Position numbers and translations under genes: made by a program
In this document: piece by piece, positions 45,130 through 61,477 of the stretch
Numbering within the stretch: position 1 is the stretch's first letter
Layout: every line of letters starts with the position of its first letter
From: the human T2T-CHM13v2.0 reference genome, Homo sapiens
NCBI RefSeq assembly: GCF_009914755.1
Contig: NC_060926.1
DNA: 64,000 bases
Strand: one strand, 5' to 3'
The notes under the pieces: generated by a model
The model's database searches: none
The model's input: only the letters and a program-made list of their open reading frames with translations
What the model was told of the DNA's origin: nothing

Positions 45130-48100
45130 ATGCTCTCACTTCCAATGTGTTTATTTTATACTTATTTCTCTTTAATGCCCATTCTCTGCACCCCATAACC
45201 ATCCACTCTAATCTTCTGAACGCTCTTCAGATATGTACTTATCCATGTAAAATATGTTGTGCTTTTTTTGTGTATTTTTGTTTTACATTTACATAAATTT
45301 CACTCTAACTTTATGCATTCAGTCTGTTTTGAGGATGTACTCATATTGCTTTGTGTTCATCTGTTCCATTGCTCTAATTGTTGCAGATTATTTTATAATA
45401 CACTTATGGTATGCATCCCTCTAGTGATGAACATTTGGGTTGCCTACAACTCCCTTTAACACTAACAATTCTTTGATGAGTGTCCTCGTATATATTCCCT
45501 ATGGACCCATGTTGGAATTTTTCTGGTATATATACCCAAAGGTGGCGACTAGAAATTAAGTATATAGATAGATACTTAATTTTATTAATTAGCACCAGAT
45601 GTCATTCCTATTAGAATAGCTGTACCTATTTGTACTAATGTTACATACTCCATCTTCATTTATTTATTTTTGTATTGCCCATATTTTTTAATTTGATCAT
45701 TCTTATGGTTTACAGATGCATTTTTTTTTTGCAATTTTCTACTTACTAGTGAGTTCGAGCATTGTATCGTATTTTTGTTGTTGTTTTGTTATTTGTTTAT
45801 ATCCATGCAGGCTTTTCATTCTAGGAACTAGCTGCTGGTATCCTTTGTTCCATTTTTAAGAATTGTTTTTCCTCTCCTTTTGTTTATTGATATCCAGGAA
45901 TTGCACGTAGATTCTATATGTTTTCATCAGCTTTGTTCTTTTTGCTTTATTCTTTTTGCTCAGTCAAATATTGTGTTGTCTCCAGCTCTGTTTTTTTTTT
46001 TTTTTTTTTTGGGCGGGGGGAGGTCCTTTTTGTTTCATACAACTTTTAGGACTGTTTTTCTATATCTGTGAAAAATAATGTTGATATTTTGATAAGTATT
46101 GTGTAGAATCTGTAGGTTGCCTTGGAAGTATGGTCATTTTAACAATATTAATTCTTCTGATCCATGGTCATGAGATGTCTTTTCATTTGTTTTTGTCCTC
46201 TTCGGTCTCTTTCATTAGTGTTTTGTAGTTTTGCTTGTAGAGGTCTTTCACCTCTCTACTTAAATTTATTATTGGATGTATTTTTGTAGTCATTGTAAGT
46301 AGAATTGCCTTCTTGGTTTCTTTTTCAAATATTTCATTGTTAGTGTTTAGAAATACCAGAAATTTTTGCAAATTAATTTTGTATTCTGCAAGTTTACTGA
46401 ATTTATGTATTAGGTTTAAGAATTGTTTTGGTGGTGTCTTTAGGTTTTCCCAGATACAAGATCATATCATCAGCAGAGTGACAATTTGACTTCTTTTCCA
46501 GTTTGGATGCTTCTTACTGCTTTCTCTTGCCTGGTGCTCTGATTAGGCTTCTAGTACTATATTGAATAGGAGTGGTGAAAGCAGGAATCCTTGTCTTTTT
46601 TCTAGTTCTTAGAGGAAAATATTTCAGGTTTTCCTCATTGGACTGTGGGTTGTTGTATATGGCTTTTATTATTTTGAGGTACTTTTTCTCTATGCCTAAT
46701 TTGTTGAGAGTTTTTGGTATAAGTGTTGTATTTTATCAAATGCTTTTTTTGCCTCTATTGAGATGATCATATGGTTTTTGTCTTTCATTTTTTGATGTAA
46801 TATATTACATATATTGATTTGCACATTTTGAACTATCTTTGTATCCCTCAATTAAATCCCATTTGATTATAATGTATTAATTTTTTATTTGTACTTGGAT
46901 CTAGTTTAAAAGTAAACTGAGGGAGTTTTGTGTCTTTGTTCATCAGAGATATTGCTGTTTAGTTTTCTTTTTTGTATTATGTTCTTATTTGATTTTGGTA
47001 TCAGGGAAATGCTGGCCTCATATAATTAGGGAGAAATCACTTCTCTTCAATTTTTAAAAATAATTTGGGGAGAATTGGTGGTAGTTTTTCTTTGAAGGTT
47101 TGACTGAAATCAGCAGTGAAGCCATCTGTTTTCAAACTTTTCCTTGTTAGGAGACTTTTTGTTACTGATTGAATCTCATTGCTTCTTATGGTTTTCTGTT
47201 TCTTCCTGATTCCATCTTGGTAGATTGTATTTTTCCAATAATGTATCCATTTTATCTAGGTTTTCTAGTTTGTTAGGGTACAGTTGTTTATAGCAGTCTC
47301 TGATGACCTTTTGTATTTCTGTGGTATCAGTTGCAATGTCTCCTTTTTTGTTTCTGATTTTGTTTATTTGCATCTTCTTTATTTAGTTCATTAGTCTAGC
47401 AAGCAGTTTATCACTTTTGTTAACTTTTTAAAAAAATAATTTTTCCTTTTGTTGATCTTTCATATTCTTTTCTAGTCTCTATTTCATTTAGTTCTGCTCT
47501 TATAGTTATTTCTTTCCTTCCACTAATTTTGGGTTTAGTTTGTTCTTGCTTTTCGATTTTCTTGAGGTATATAATTCGGTTATTCATTTGAAACTCTTCT
47601 GATGTAGACATTTATTGCTATAAACTCTCCTGTTGACATAGTTTTTGCTATATCCATAGGTTTTGGTTCGTTGTGCTTTAATTTTTATTTGTTTCAAGCA
47701 TTGTTTTTTACAATTTCCTTCTTAATTCCTTCCTTAACTGAATGGTCAGGAGCACGTAGTTTAATTTTCATGTATTTTTATAACTTCCAAAGTTCCTCCA
47801 GTTATTGATTGTTAGTTTTATTTCACTTTGGTCAGGGATGATTTGATATTATCTGTGTCTGGATTGATAGGTATTATTGTTTCTCTCAGTACTTTAGGTC
47901 ACACTTCATCATCATCTACGTTTGTAATTTCTGATTAGAAATCTGTCTCAGCTTTGTCTTTGTTCCTGTACCTGAAATGTGTCATTACCTTCTGATTGGA
48001 CTTCAAGATTTTCATTATATTTGTTTTTAAGTAGTTTGTATGTGATATGTGGGTGTTATGGTATTTATCCTGCTTAGAGTTGTTTGATCCTCTTTGATGT

Positions 48101-48700
48101 GTGGTTTAATATATTTCACTATTTTGGGGAAATCCTCAGCCATCATCCCTTCAAACATTTTTTTTCTGCTATATTATCTTTCTCTTCTTTTTCTCAGATT
48201 CAAAATATACATACGGTAGGCAATGTCATATTGTCCTACAACTCTTGGATGCTCTGCTCTAGTTTTTGTTTACTTGTTTTTTCTTCTTGATTGCTTGCTA
48301 TGTTTTCCTCTTTATATTCTAGTTTAGATAATGTCTTTCAAACTATCTTCAAGTTCACTGATTTTTTTCGGTTTTTTTTTTTTTTTTTACTTAGATCAAA
48401 CAGATCAGTTTGTCTAAGACAACCTTAATCTCTGTCACAGTGTCATTTATTTCTAGTATCTCTCTAGAAGTTTTTACATATGTCCACTCAACATTTTCTT
48501 GTCTCCATTTGTCTGAAAAAATTCTTCATGAAACATTAAAATACTAATCATAGTCTTTTAAATTGTCTATTTCATATTTCCAATATTTGTGTCTTTCATG
48601 AATATTTTTCTGTTAACTGTTTTTTCTCTTGACAATGTGTTGTTTCTTGCCTTTTTTTTGTTTTATAATTTTAATTTATTGTTGCAAACAGTGTATAGAA
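45130..48700 (-). mobile_element. Stack of old L1 pieces (L1MC/ME-like flanks, L1MA/PB-like ORF2 at about 45980-47845)
   Basis: ORF fragments 46183-46371, 47176-47373 ([19 protein letters not shown]) and 47420-47611 match ORF2. Confidence 0.8.
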
Positions 48701-48977
48701 CTTTAGAGCCTGTGATAAGCGGTAAGTCTTTTGTTCCATAATCTACATCATGTCTTTCACCACTTCCTACCAACCATAGGTAGGGAAACATCCAAGCATC
48801 AGTTTCTTATACTGCTTTTCCATTCCAGCTTTTTCTTGTTAAAATGTGCCTTAGGCATTATTATGTGTATAAAATAAAGATAATTCTGCTTATAGCAATA
48901 GTCTGACAAACACAAAATTTGGTTTATCAAACCAGACTCACAAAAAGCAGAGATCAACCTAGACAGACAGGATAGGT

Positions 48978-49348
48978 CCTTGGTCTGAATGTGTCCCTCA
49001 AATTTCATGTGTTGTAAATTTATCCCCAAATTCATATGATTATGGAATTTGGAGGTGGGGTATTTGGGAGATAATTAGGATTAGATAAGCTCATCAGGGT
49101 GGAGCTCTCATGATGGGACTGGTGGCTTTACGAGAAGAGGAAGACAGACCTGAGTGCACAAGGTCTTACACCTCACTATCTGGTGCCCTGTGCCATGTCA
49201 TGATACGGTAAGAAGGCACTTACCAGATGCCAGGACCATGCTTTTGGACTTTCCAGCTTCCAGAACCACTAGTTAAATAAACTTTTTTTATTTGTAAATT
49301 AACTAGTGGGTGGTATTCTGTTATAGCAGCATAAAATTAACTGTGATA
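48978..49348 (+). mobile_element. MSTC/MSTD-like MaLR LTR
   Basis: GGTCTGAATGTGTCCC..TTTGGAGGTGGGG..AATTAGGATTAGATAAG..TTGGACTTTCCAGC..GGTATTCTGTTATAGCAGCA. Confidence 0.82.
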
Positions 49349-50486
49349 GTCCTGCTAAATTTAGGGCATATCCAAGGACTCTTCTTTATCTTTCTACTAG
49401 TCAGTACCTTCAAGAGGTTTGATTTATATTTTATATGAGGATTGAGTCAAGTCATTTCTCTCTAACCATCCTCCTAGTGGGAGTTGAAATATGAGCTACA
49501 AACTAAATACTAATTCCTTTTTTCCATGAAAAAGTAGATGATAATTTGAAATAAGTAATATTTAGTAGGGATGGATAGAAAAGAGTCAGTTAGAGAGACA
49601 GATGAACAGGATGCATAAAGACTTGATAACTGGCTTAATGTGGAAGTTATGGAAGAATGGATCCCTAGCTTATTAATTTTTGTTTGTTAACATATATATT
49701 TAACATCTCTTAATAGTATATATATACATAATCTTAATACATATCTATTACATATTTGTTAAACAGCTATATTATCCAAATATATATTTTCTTTATTTTC
49801 AGCTGGTTCTTACATTTGACCAAGCAAAGAATATATTTATGTCAACTGAAATTAGCAATTCTTTTGAATGGCTGAAATAGGTAAAAATATGCTATGCAAG
49901 TATTTTTACTAAATAAAAGATGAAATAAATCTAAACTGGGCTTTAGTTTAGATTATTTTTATTGACTTCTTTAATCTGCTATTAAGGCTTTCCAGTGGAT
50001 ATTTTATTTTGGATATTGTATTTATCAGTACTACGAATTTAATGATTCTTTCTTAGAGCTAAATTTTATCTTTAGAGTCTTCCCCAGACCTTACTATTCA
50101 TGGCAGACTTAATTCTTTCTTCACTATTCCCCCAGGAAGAAATAAGCTAGAGTAGATATCTTCTAATCTAAGGAGGGCTCTGCCTAAGCTGGAGGGTTTT
50201 TTGTTTGCTTGTTTGAGTTTCTTTTTTTTTAGACTTTTTGCATCATTAATTTTCTAATGGGTTTAAGAAAACTATTTTGGAAATTATTAAAGATTATCTA
50301 CTAGTTAACAATGGGAGCAATGGTCTCTAATATAAATGACAGTATACGCTTAGAGAACAATATTAATATTAAAATATTTCTCACAAATATCTATATTTAC
50401 AAGAATAGCTTTTGTTTATTTAAATATTTTGTACCGTTTTACCGTGAAAATATTTTTCCACCATAGAGACAGTCTTTGATAAACCA

Positions 50487-50685
50487 AGCCTCCCGAGTAG
50501 CCTCAGCCTCGACTAGCTGGGATTACAGGCACTTGCCACCATGCCTGGCTAAGTTTTGTATTTTTAGTAGAGACGGGGTTTCACCGTGTTAGCCAGGATG
50601 GTCTCGAACTCCTGAGCTCAAGTGATCTGCCTGTCTCGGCCTCCCAAAGTGCTGAGATTACAGGCATGAGCCACTGTGCCCAGAC
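50487..50685 (-). mobile_element. Truncated Alu (left arm plus part of right arm, no tail)
   Basis: AGCTGGGATTACAGGC...TAGTAGAGACGGGG...CTCCCAAAGTGCTG..GAGCCACTGTGCCCAG. Confidence 0.9.
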
Positions 50686-50926
50686 AGCAAGTGTTAATTT
50701 ACGTAGCATAATTTACTTAGCCCGTAATGAAGGCAGTGACCCAGAGGCATTACTGTTTAGAGTACAGAATCTCAGTCATGTTCAGGAGTAAGAGTTGTTC
50801 TGAAAGTGGAAATCTAGGATGAAGCCAAAACACGAGGCTTGGTTGGAAGTTTTCACAGTGTAGTTAGGGCTTACAGCTCTTTTTTCATTCTTTGAAAGCA
50901 GGCGTAAGTAAACCCTCTTCATTCTA

Positions 50927-51254
<328 letters not shown>

Positions 51255-51536
51255 CTATCAGAAATGTGAAGTTTACTCTTTTTTTTATTTTTTTATTTAT
51301 TTTTATGTTTTGTTTATTTATTTTTATTATTATTATACTTTAAGTTTTAGGGTACATGTGCACAATGTGCAGGTTAGTTACATATGTATACGTGTGCCAT
51401 GCTGGTGCGCTCCACCCACTAACTCATCATCTAGCATTAGGTATATCTCCCAGTGCTATCCCTCCCCCCTCCCCCCACCCCACAACAGTCCCCAGAGTGT
51501 GATGTTCCCCTTCCTGTGTCCATGTGTTCCCATTGT

Positions 51537-55368
<3,832 letters not shown>

Positions 55369-55416
55369 TTATTTTGCTCGTTAGTTGATGCAGTTTCTTC
55401 CTAGTATCGATGGTCT

Positions 55417-56433
55417 TTACATTTTGGCATGATTTTGCAGTGGCTGGTACCGGTTGTTCCTTTTCATGTTTAGCGCTTCCTTCAGGAGCTCTTTTAGGGC
55501 AGGCCTGGTGGTGACAAAATCTCTCAACATTTGCTTGTCTGTAAAGTATTTTATTTCTCCTTCACTTATGAAGCTTAGTTTGGCTGGATATGAAATTCAG
55601 GGTTGAAAATTCTTTTCTTTAAGAATGTTGAATATTGGCCCCCACTCTCTTCTGGCTTGTAGAGTTTCTGCCGAAAGATCTGCTGTTAGTCTGATGGGCT
55701 TCCCTTTGAGGGTAACCCGACCTTTCTCTCTAGCTGCCCTTAACATTTTTTCCTTCATTTCAACTTTGGTGAATCTGACAATTATGTGTCTTGGAGTCGC
55801 TCTTCTCGAGGAGTATCTTTGTGGTGTTCTCTGTATTTCCTGAATCTGAATGTTGGCCTGCCTTGCTAGATTGGGGAAGTTCTCCTGGATAATATCCTGC
55901 AGAGTGTTTTCCAACTTGGTTCCATTCTCCCTGTCACTTTCAGGTACACCAATCAGACGTAGATTTGGTCTTTTCACATAGTCCCATATTTCTTGGAGGC
56001 TTTGTTCATTTCTTTTTATTCTTTTTTCTCTACACTTCCCTTCTCACTTCATTTCATTCATTTCATCTTCCATCGCTGATACCCTGTCTTCCAGTTGATC
56101 GCATCGGCTCCTGAGTCTTCTGCATTCTTCATGTAGTTCTTGAGCCTTGGTTTTCAGCTCCATCAGCTCCTTTAAGCACTTCTCTGTGTTGGTTATTCTA
56201 GTTATACATTCTTCTAAATTTTTTTCAAAGTTTTCAACTTCTTTGCCTTTGGTTTGAATGTCCTCCCGTAGCTCGGAGTAATTTGATCATCTGAAGGCTT
56301 CTTCTCTCAGCTCGTCAAAGTCATTCTCCGTCCAGCTTTGTTCTGTTGCTGGTGAGGAACTGCATTCCTTTGGAGGAGGAGAGACGCTCTGCTTTTCAGA
56401 GTTTCCAGTTTTTCTGCTCTGTTTTTTCCCCAT
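55417..56433 (-). pseudogene. L1 ORF1, premature stops
   Basis: ATG at 56433 (MGKKQ), native stop at 55417-55419 (1017 nt), in-frame TGA at about 56044 and 55597. Fragment KRPNLRLIGVPESD visible. Confidence 0.92.
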
Positions 56434-56699
56434 CTTTGTGGTTTTATCTACTTTTGGTCTTTGATGATGGTGATGTACAGATGGGTTTTTGGTGTGGATG
56501 TCCTTTCTGTTTGTTAGTTTTCCTTCTAACAGACAGCACCCTCAGCTGCAGGTCTGTTGGAGTACCCGGCTGTGTGAGGTGTCAGTCTGCCCCTGCTGGG
56601 GGATGCCTCCCAGTTAGGCTACTCGGGGATCAGGGGTCACGAACCCACTTGAGGAGGCAGTCTGCCCTTTCTCAGATCTCCAGCTGTGTGCTGGGAGAA

Positions 56700-57336
56700 C
56701 CACTGCTCTCTTCAAAGCTGTCAGACAGGGACATTTAAGTCTGCAGAGGTTACTGCTGTCTTTTTGTCTGTGCCCTGCCCACAGAGGTGGAGCCTACAGA
56801 GGCAGGCAGGCCTCCTTGAGCTGTGGTGGGCTCCACCCAGTTCCAGCTTCCTGGCTGCTTTGTTTACCTAAACAAGCCTGGGCAATGGCAGGCGCCCCTC
56901 CCCCAGCCTCGCTGCCGCTTTGCCTTTTGATCTCAGACTGCTGTGCTAGCAATCAGCGAGACTCCGTGGGTGTAGGACCGTCTTATCCAGGCGCGGGATA
57001 TAATCTCCTGGTGTGCCGTTTTTTAAGCCCATCGGAAAAGTGCAGTATTCGGGTGGGAGTGACCCGATTTTCCAGGTGCCGTCTGTCACCCCTTTCTTTG
57101 ACTAGGAAAGGGAACTCCCTGACCCCTTGCACTTCCCGAGTGAGGCAATGCCTCGCCCTGCTTCAGCTCGTGCACAGTGTGCGCACCCACTGACCTGCGC
57201 CCACTGTCTGGCACTCCTTAGTGAGATGAACCCGGTACCTCAGATGGAAATGCAGAAATCACCCGTCTTCTGCATCGCTCACGCTGGGAGCTGTAGACCG
57301 GAGCTGTTTCTATTCGGCCATCTTGGCTCCTCCCCC
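56700..57336. promoter_or_regulatory. L1 5' UTR with sense promoter (minus strand) and antisense promoter (plus strand)
   Basis: GC/CpG-richer L1 5' UTR with YY1 motif retained. Bidirectional promoter function is established for L1PA 5' UTRs but not shown for this copy. Confidence 0.7.
56885..57193 (+). CDS. ORF0: L1 antisense ORF0 (open, 102 aa unspliced)
   Basis: MAGAPPPASLPLCLLISDCCASNQRDSVGVGPS...VGVTRFSRC. ATG in GGGCAATGG context, 452 nt from the L1 5' end. Expression unknown. Confidence 0.7.
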   Translation: MAGAPPPASLPLCLLISDCCASNQRDSVGVGPSYPGAGYNLLVCRFLSPSEKCSIRVGVTRFSRCRLSPLSLTRKGNSLTPCTSRVRQCLALLQLVHSVRTH

Positions 57337-57466
57337 TCTGCCAAATTATTAAATCATTTATTATATATTGATGTGTAGGAGGAGTTGATTGGCTTTGTCC
57401 TATTGGTATGATTAAGATGATATTCCTTTTTACTAATGGACCTTATGTTAAGAATTTTGAGTGATT

Positions 57467-57760
57467 CAAAGACAGATAACCAAACACGGAATGTTCTCAC
57501 TCATAGTTGGAATTGAACAATGAGAACACCTGGACACAGGGTGGGGAACATCACACACCAGGGCCTGTCGGTGGGTTGCGGGGCTGGGGAGGGATAGCAT
57601 TAGGAGAAATACCTAATGTAAATGATGAGTTGATGCGTGCAGCAAACCAACATGGCATGTGTATACCTATGTATCAAACCTGCACGTTGTGCACATGTAC
57701 CCTAGAACTTAAAGTACAGTAAAAAAAGACAATAATAAACTATCAAACCATAAAAAAAAA
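57467..57760 (+). mobile_element. L1PA7-like 3' end with TSD
   Basis: ATGTTCTCACTCATAG..GGAGAAATACCTAATGTAAATG..CCTAGAACTTAAAGTA. TSD core TTTTGAGTGATT at 57455-57466 and 57762-57773. Confidence 0.9.
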
Positions 57761-57933
57761 TTTTTGAGTGATTATATCATTTTTTATAATTTGAAGCTGT
57801 TAATTACATTTCTTTAAGAGATTACAAGCTTCACTTGATGCTCTGAAAACTAATAGTGGAAATTTGGTTTCTCCTTAAACATTAGTCTTGAAAAATGCAG
57901 GTTTTCATTATCTTTTTTTTTTTAAATTTTCAG

Positions 57934-58089
57934 AACAGGAAGGGATTGTTTAGCTGAAATGGAAGATTTGATATCTGAACAAGGAGTTCTAAATAATTCT
58001 CTGCACCTTAATCTGCCAATACTCACTCTAAAACTACACAAAGGAGATTCAAAATAAAAAGAGGATGATAAACGGCAAAACCATCTGAG
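57934..58089 (+). other. Candidate exon in unique sequence
   Basis: Strong acceptor (T-tract, TTTTCAG at 57927-57933), AATAAA at 58053-58058, weak donor GAG|GTACTT at 58089/58090. Confidence 0.3.
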
Positions 58090-59102
58090 GTACTTTTTGT
58101 TTTTTCATGTATATATGTTTTGAACTTAACAATGAGTTAATTCAGTAAGAATTGTTTAAGATCTAATAGCTCTTAATTCATTTTCTTTATATTATCATCC
58201 TTACTCCTGGAATGTACCTTCCTTAGCATTTATTTGCTTAGAAAGCATATTTCCAGCAGAATTTATATACATATGCCAATTAAGAAATTTAAAATATTGC
58301 TGTGATGCTCTTAAAAATCTTGAAATTTAATTTGATTTAAAATAAAGATATATTGTATATCACAATCCTGTTCTGATTACTTTTCTAAAAACACCCAGGT
58401 ATTGCATAATTGAAACCACAGATTGCTGCAAAATAGCTTGGTAGATATGAGTAGTTGCCCAAGTTGCAGAAGAGGATGCTGTTGTACACATCATCCTTGA
58501 GATAGGATGTAGAAACCCAGACACAGACGGATTGATGATACTCTAGATACCGAGGTATGAAATACTAAGAAAAAAACTTTAAAAAATTTAAAGCTCTACT
58601 TCTTGAAATTCTAATTCAATAAGATTAGAGTGAAGAGTTTGTTTCTTCTAAAAGGCATCCATGTTAATTCTGAGGGAATTTGGAAATTATTTAAAGACTT
58701 AATGTTTTTCTTTTCTTCTTTCTATAAAATGTTAATAACTATTATACAATGGCCTACTTTTACTTTTCTTCCAAATCTATTCCAAAGCTATATTTATTTG
58801 CTTATTTTCATAATAAATATAATACAAGATTGCCCCTTTAAATTTAAATATATTCAGAAACATTTCCTATGAAAAATTTATTATGAGGAAAACAGACAAC
58901 ATATATGCGTAATGAATTTATGCGATAATAATATTTACGTAAATGCATACAGTACATGTATTTTCAGTGTTTAATATGATAATGATACTTCAAGAAATAT
59001 GATATAATAAATATGATACTTCAAGACATTTTTTACATGAGCAATGCCAGTATCTAATTTTTATCTTTATGATCACATATGTATTTTCAAGATTATTGGT
59101 GG

Positions 59103-59910
59103 TTTTCTTCCTTTACAACTTTTATTTTAGGTTTAGGAAGTACATGTGCAGATTACTTACGTGAGTAAACTGTACATTGTGGGTGTTTACTGTACAGATT
59201 ATATTGTTACCCAGCTATTGAGCATAGTATCTGATAGATCGTTTTTTGATCTTTACCCTCCTCTCACCTCCATTCTCAAGTAGGCCGTGGTGTTTATTGT
59301 TCCCTTCTTTCTGTCCACTTGTTTTTCTGTTTCTGTCTTAATTTGTTTAGGATAATGGCCTCCAATCCATTTATATTGCTGCAAAGGACATTATTTTGAT
59401 CTTTCTGTGCTAGCATATTATTCCATGTTGTCTGTAGACCACATTTTCTTTATCCAGTCCACCATCAATGGGCACTTATGAGGATAGCACTTCTTTGTTA
59501 TTGTGAATAGGGCTGTGACAAATACATGTATGCATGTGTCTTTATGACAGAATGATTTGTATTCCTTTAGGTATATGCTCAGTAATGGAATTGGGTTGAA
59601 TGGTAGTTATGTTTTAAGTCATTTGAGAAATCTCCGAACTGCTTTCCACAGTGGCTGAAATAATTTACATTCCCACCAGCAGCGCATAACTGTTCCTTTT
59701 TCTCTGTAACCTCACCAACATCTGTTATTTTTTATCTTTTTAATACTAGTCATTCTGACTGGTGTGAGAGGGTGTCTTATTGTGGTTTTGATTTGCATTT
59801 TTCTAATGTTTAATGATGGTAAGCATTTTCCATATGCTTATTGATCACATGTATGTCTTTTATTGAGAATTGTCTGTTCGTGTCCTTTGCTCATTTTTTA
59901 ATGGGGTTAT
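59103..59910 (-). mobile_element. L1PA15/16-like 3' end
   Basis: CAACTTTTATTTTAGG..TACATGTGCAG..GCTTTCCACAGTGGCTGAA..CATTCTGACTGGTGTGAG. Confidence 0.88.
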
Positions 59911-60423
59911 ATGTAGAATGGTGGTTGCCAAAGACTTGGGGTTGAGAGAAAGTGGGAGTTACTAATCAATAGATATAAAATTTTAGTTATGAAGGATGAT
60001 TAAGCACTAAAGATTCACTAAACAACATTGTGCCTATAGTTAATAATACTGTATTATACACTTAAAGTCGGGTAAAATAAAAAAAGAGAATTAACCTTTT
60101 ATTATATATGGTTTATATATTTTGAGAATTAACCTTTTATTACATATGGTTTACAAATATATTCTCCTATTCTGTAGTTTGCAAAAAAAAACTCAAAATG
60201 TATTAAAGACTTAAATGTTAAGACCTGAAACTGTGAAACCTGTAGAAAAAACATTAAGGGAAAAGTTTCATGGCATCGGTCTTGGCAATGATTTCATGAA
60301 TATGACACTAAAAACACAGGCAACAAAACCAAAAATAGACAAATGGGGACTATGTCAAATTAAAAATATTCTGCACAGCAAAGGAAACAATCAACAGAGT
60401 GAGAAGGTGCCCTTTGCCCAGTT
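59911..60423. mobile_element. Jumbled L1MA/MB fragments in both orientations
   Basis: Plus-strand 3' UTR 59911-60066, minus-strand ORF2 piece about 60086-60182, plus-strand ORF2 piece about 60183-60408 (RPETVK..GLGNDFMNMT). Confidence 0.75.
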
Positions 60424-60429
60424 ATAATT

Positions 60430-61465
60430 AGCCATGCTAAGTAAGAACTTTTGTAATTATCCATGCCCTTCTAGGTAGTAAAATTCAGCAACTGAATTCC
60501 AGGCGATGGCATGAGATCTATGTTCTGATTAAGAAAATGGGTGAAGTGGGAGTTTAATTCTCACTACTACATTTTCACCTTTTAAGATACCTCATCTGGC
60601 TGGTATAGAAGGCAGTTCCGAGAGATCAAGAGTAGACTGACAAGGATTAAAGAGGTGGTTTCTCTGAAAATTTTAGTAGTACCTGATGTGTACTTATATA
60701 CCTATGTAACATTTTAAATACTATATAGGAAGTGAAATAGACCAAGCAGGATTGGTGAGCTAATATAGATGTGGCTAATAATTTCTTTATAGTACCAGTT
60801 CTGAAGTTCATCCAAGCACAATTTACATTCTCATGAAGTGGAATTCACTATACAGTGATTGTTTAGCCACAAGAATATTTAAATTTGCCACCATATTGTC
60901 ATAATCTTACCAGAGGTACTAGGGCTTGATAACCACAAAGAGCAGGTTAGTTCCCTATATTGATAATATGATAATTTCCCTCTTCAAAAGAGAAAACTCA
61001 AGAGAGTTAAGGACTGTAGTCATCCATATAACAAATAGTCTTTGTCCGATAGATCCAGGTAAAATTCAAGGCAAATTGTTTTGTGAGATTTCTGAGAATT
61101 ATGTGGCAATAGTAACCAGGGATTTTCCTCACAATGTGAGTAATAATTATCTCTCACTGAGCATGTCTGAAGAAAGAAGCTCAGGGACTAGCAGTGCCAT
61201 TCAGACTTTTGTAAAATTACTCTCCTCATCCATGAGTTCTTTGGCTCCTCTTCATAAAGTCATGAGAATAATGTCACAATTTGAATAAAACTCTGAGAAA
61301 ACCAAACATTAAATGACATATTAAGAGTGGTGATACAGGTTATTCCAGCCATTTTATGGCCCAGCTGAGCAGGTGGTGTTTGAAATGTTTAAAACTAGAA
61401 AGTAAGAGGAATGGAGCACTTGCCAGAAATCAAGTAAGGCCATCCTACAATGAGGGGACAGGTTG
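60430..61465 (+). pseudogene. Degenerate class III (ERVL-like) pol, reverse transcriptase region
   Basis: From 60759 translates as ANIDVANNFFIVPV..QAQFTFS*SGIHYTVIV*PQEYLNLPPYCHNL, then in another frame LVPYIDNMII..IDPGKIQG..RDFP. These parallel ERVL IDLANAFFSIP, LPQGY-NSP--CHNL, YIDD and INPTKIQG. Confidence 0.82.
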
Positions 61466-61477
61466 CTATTTAGAAAT

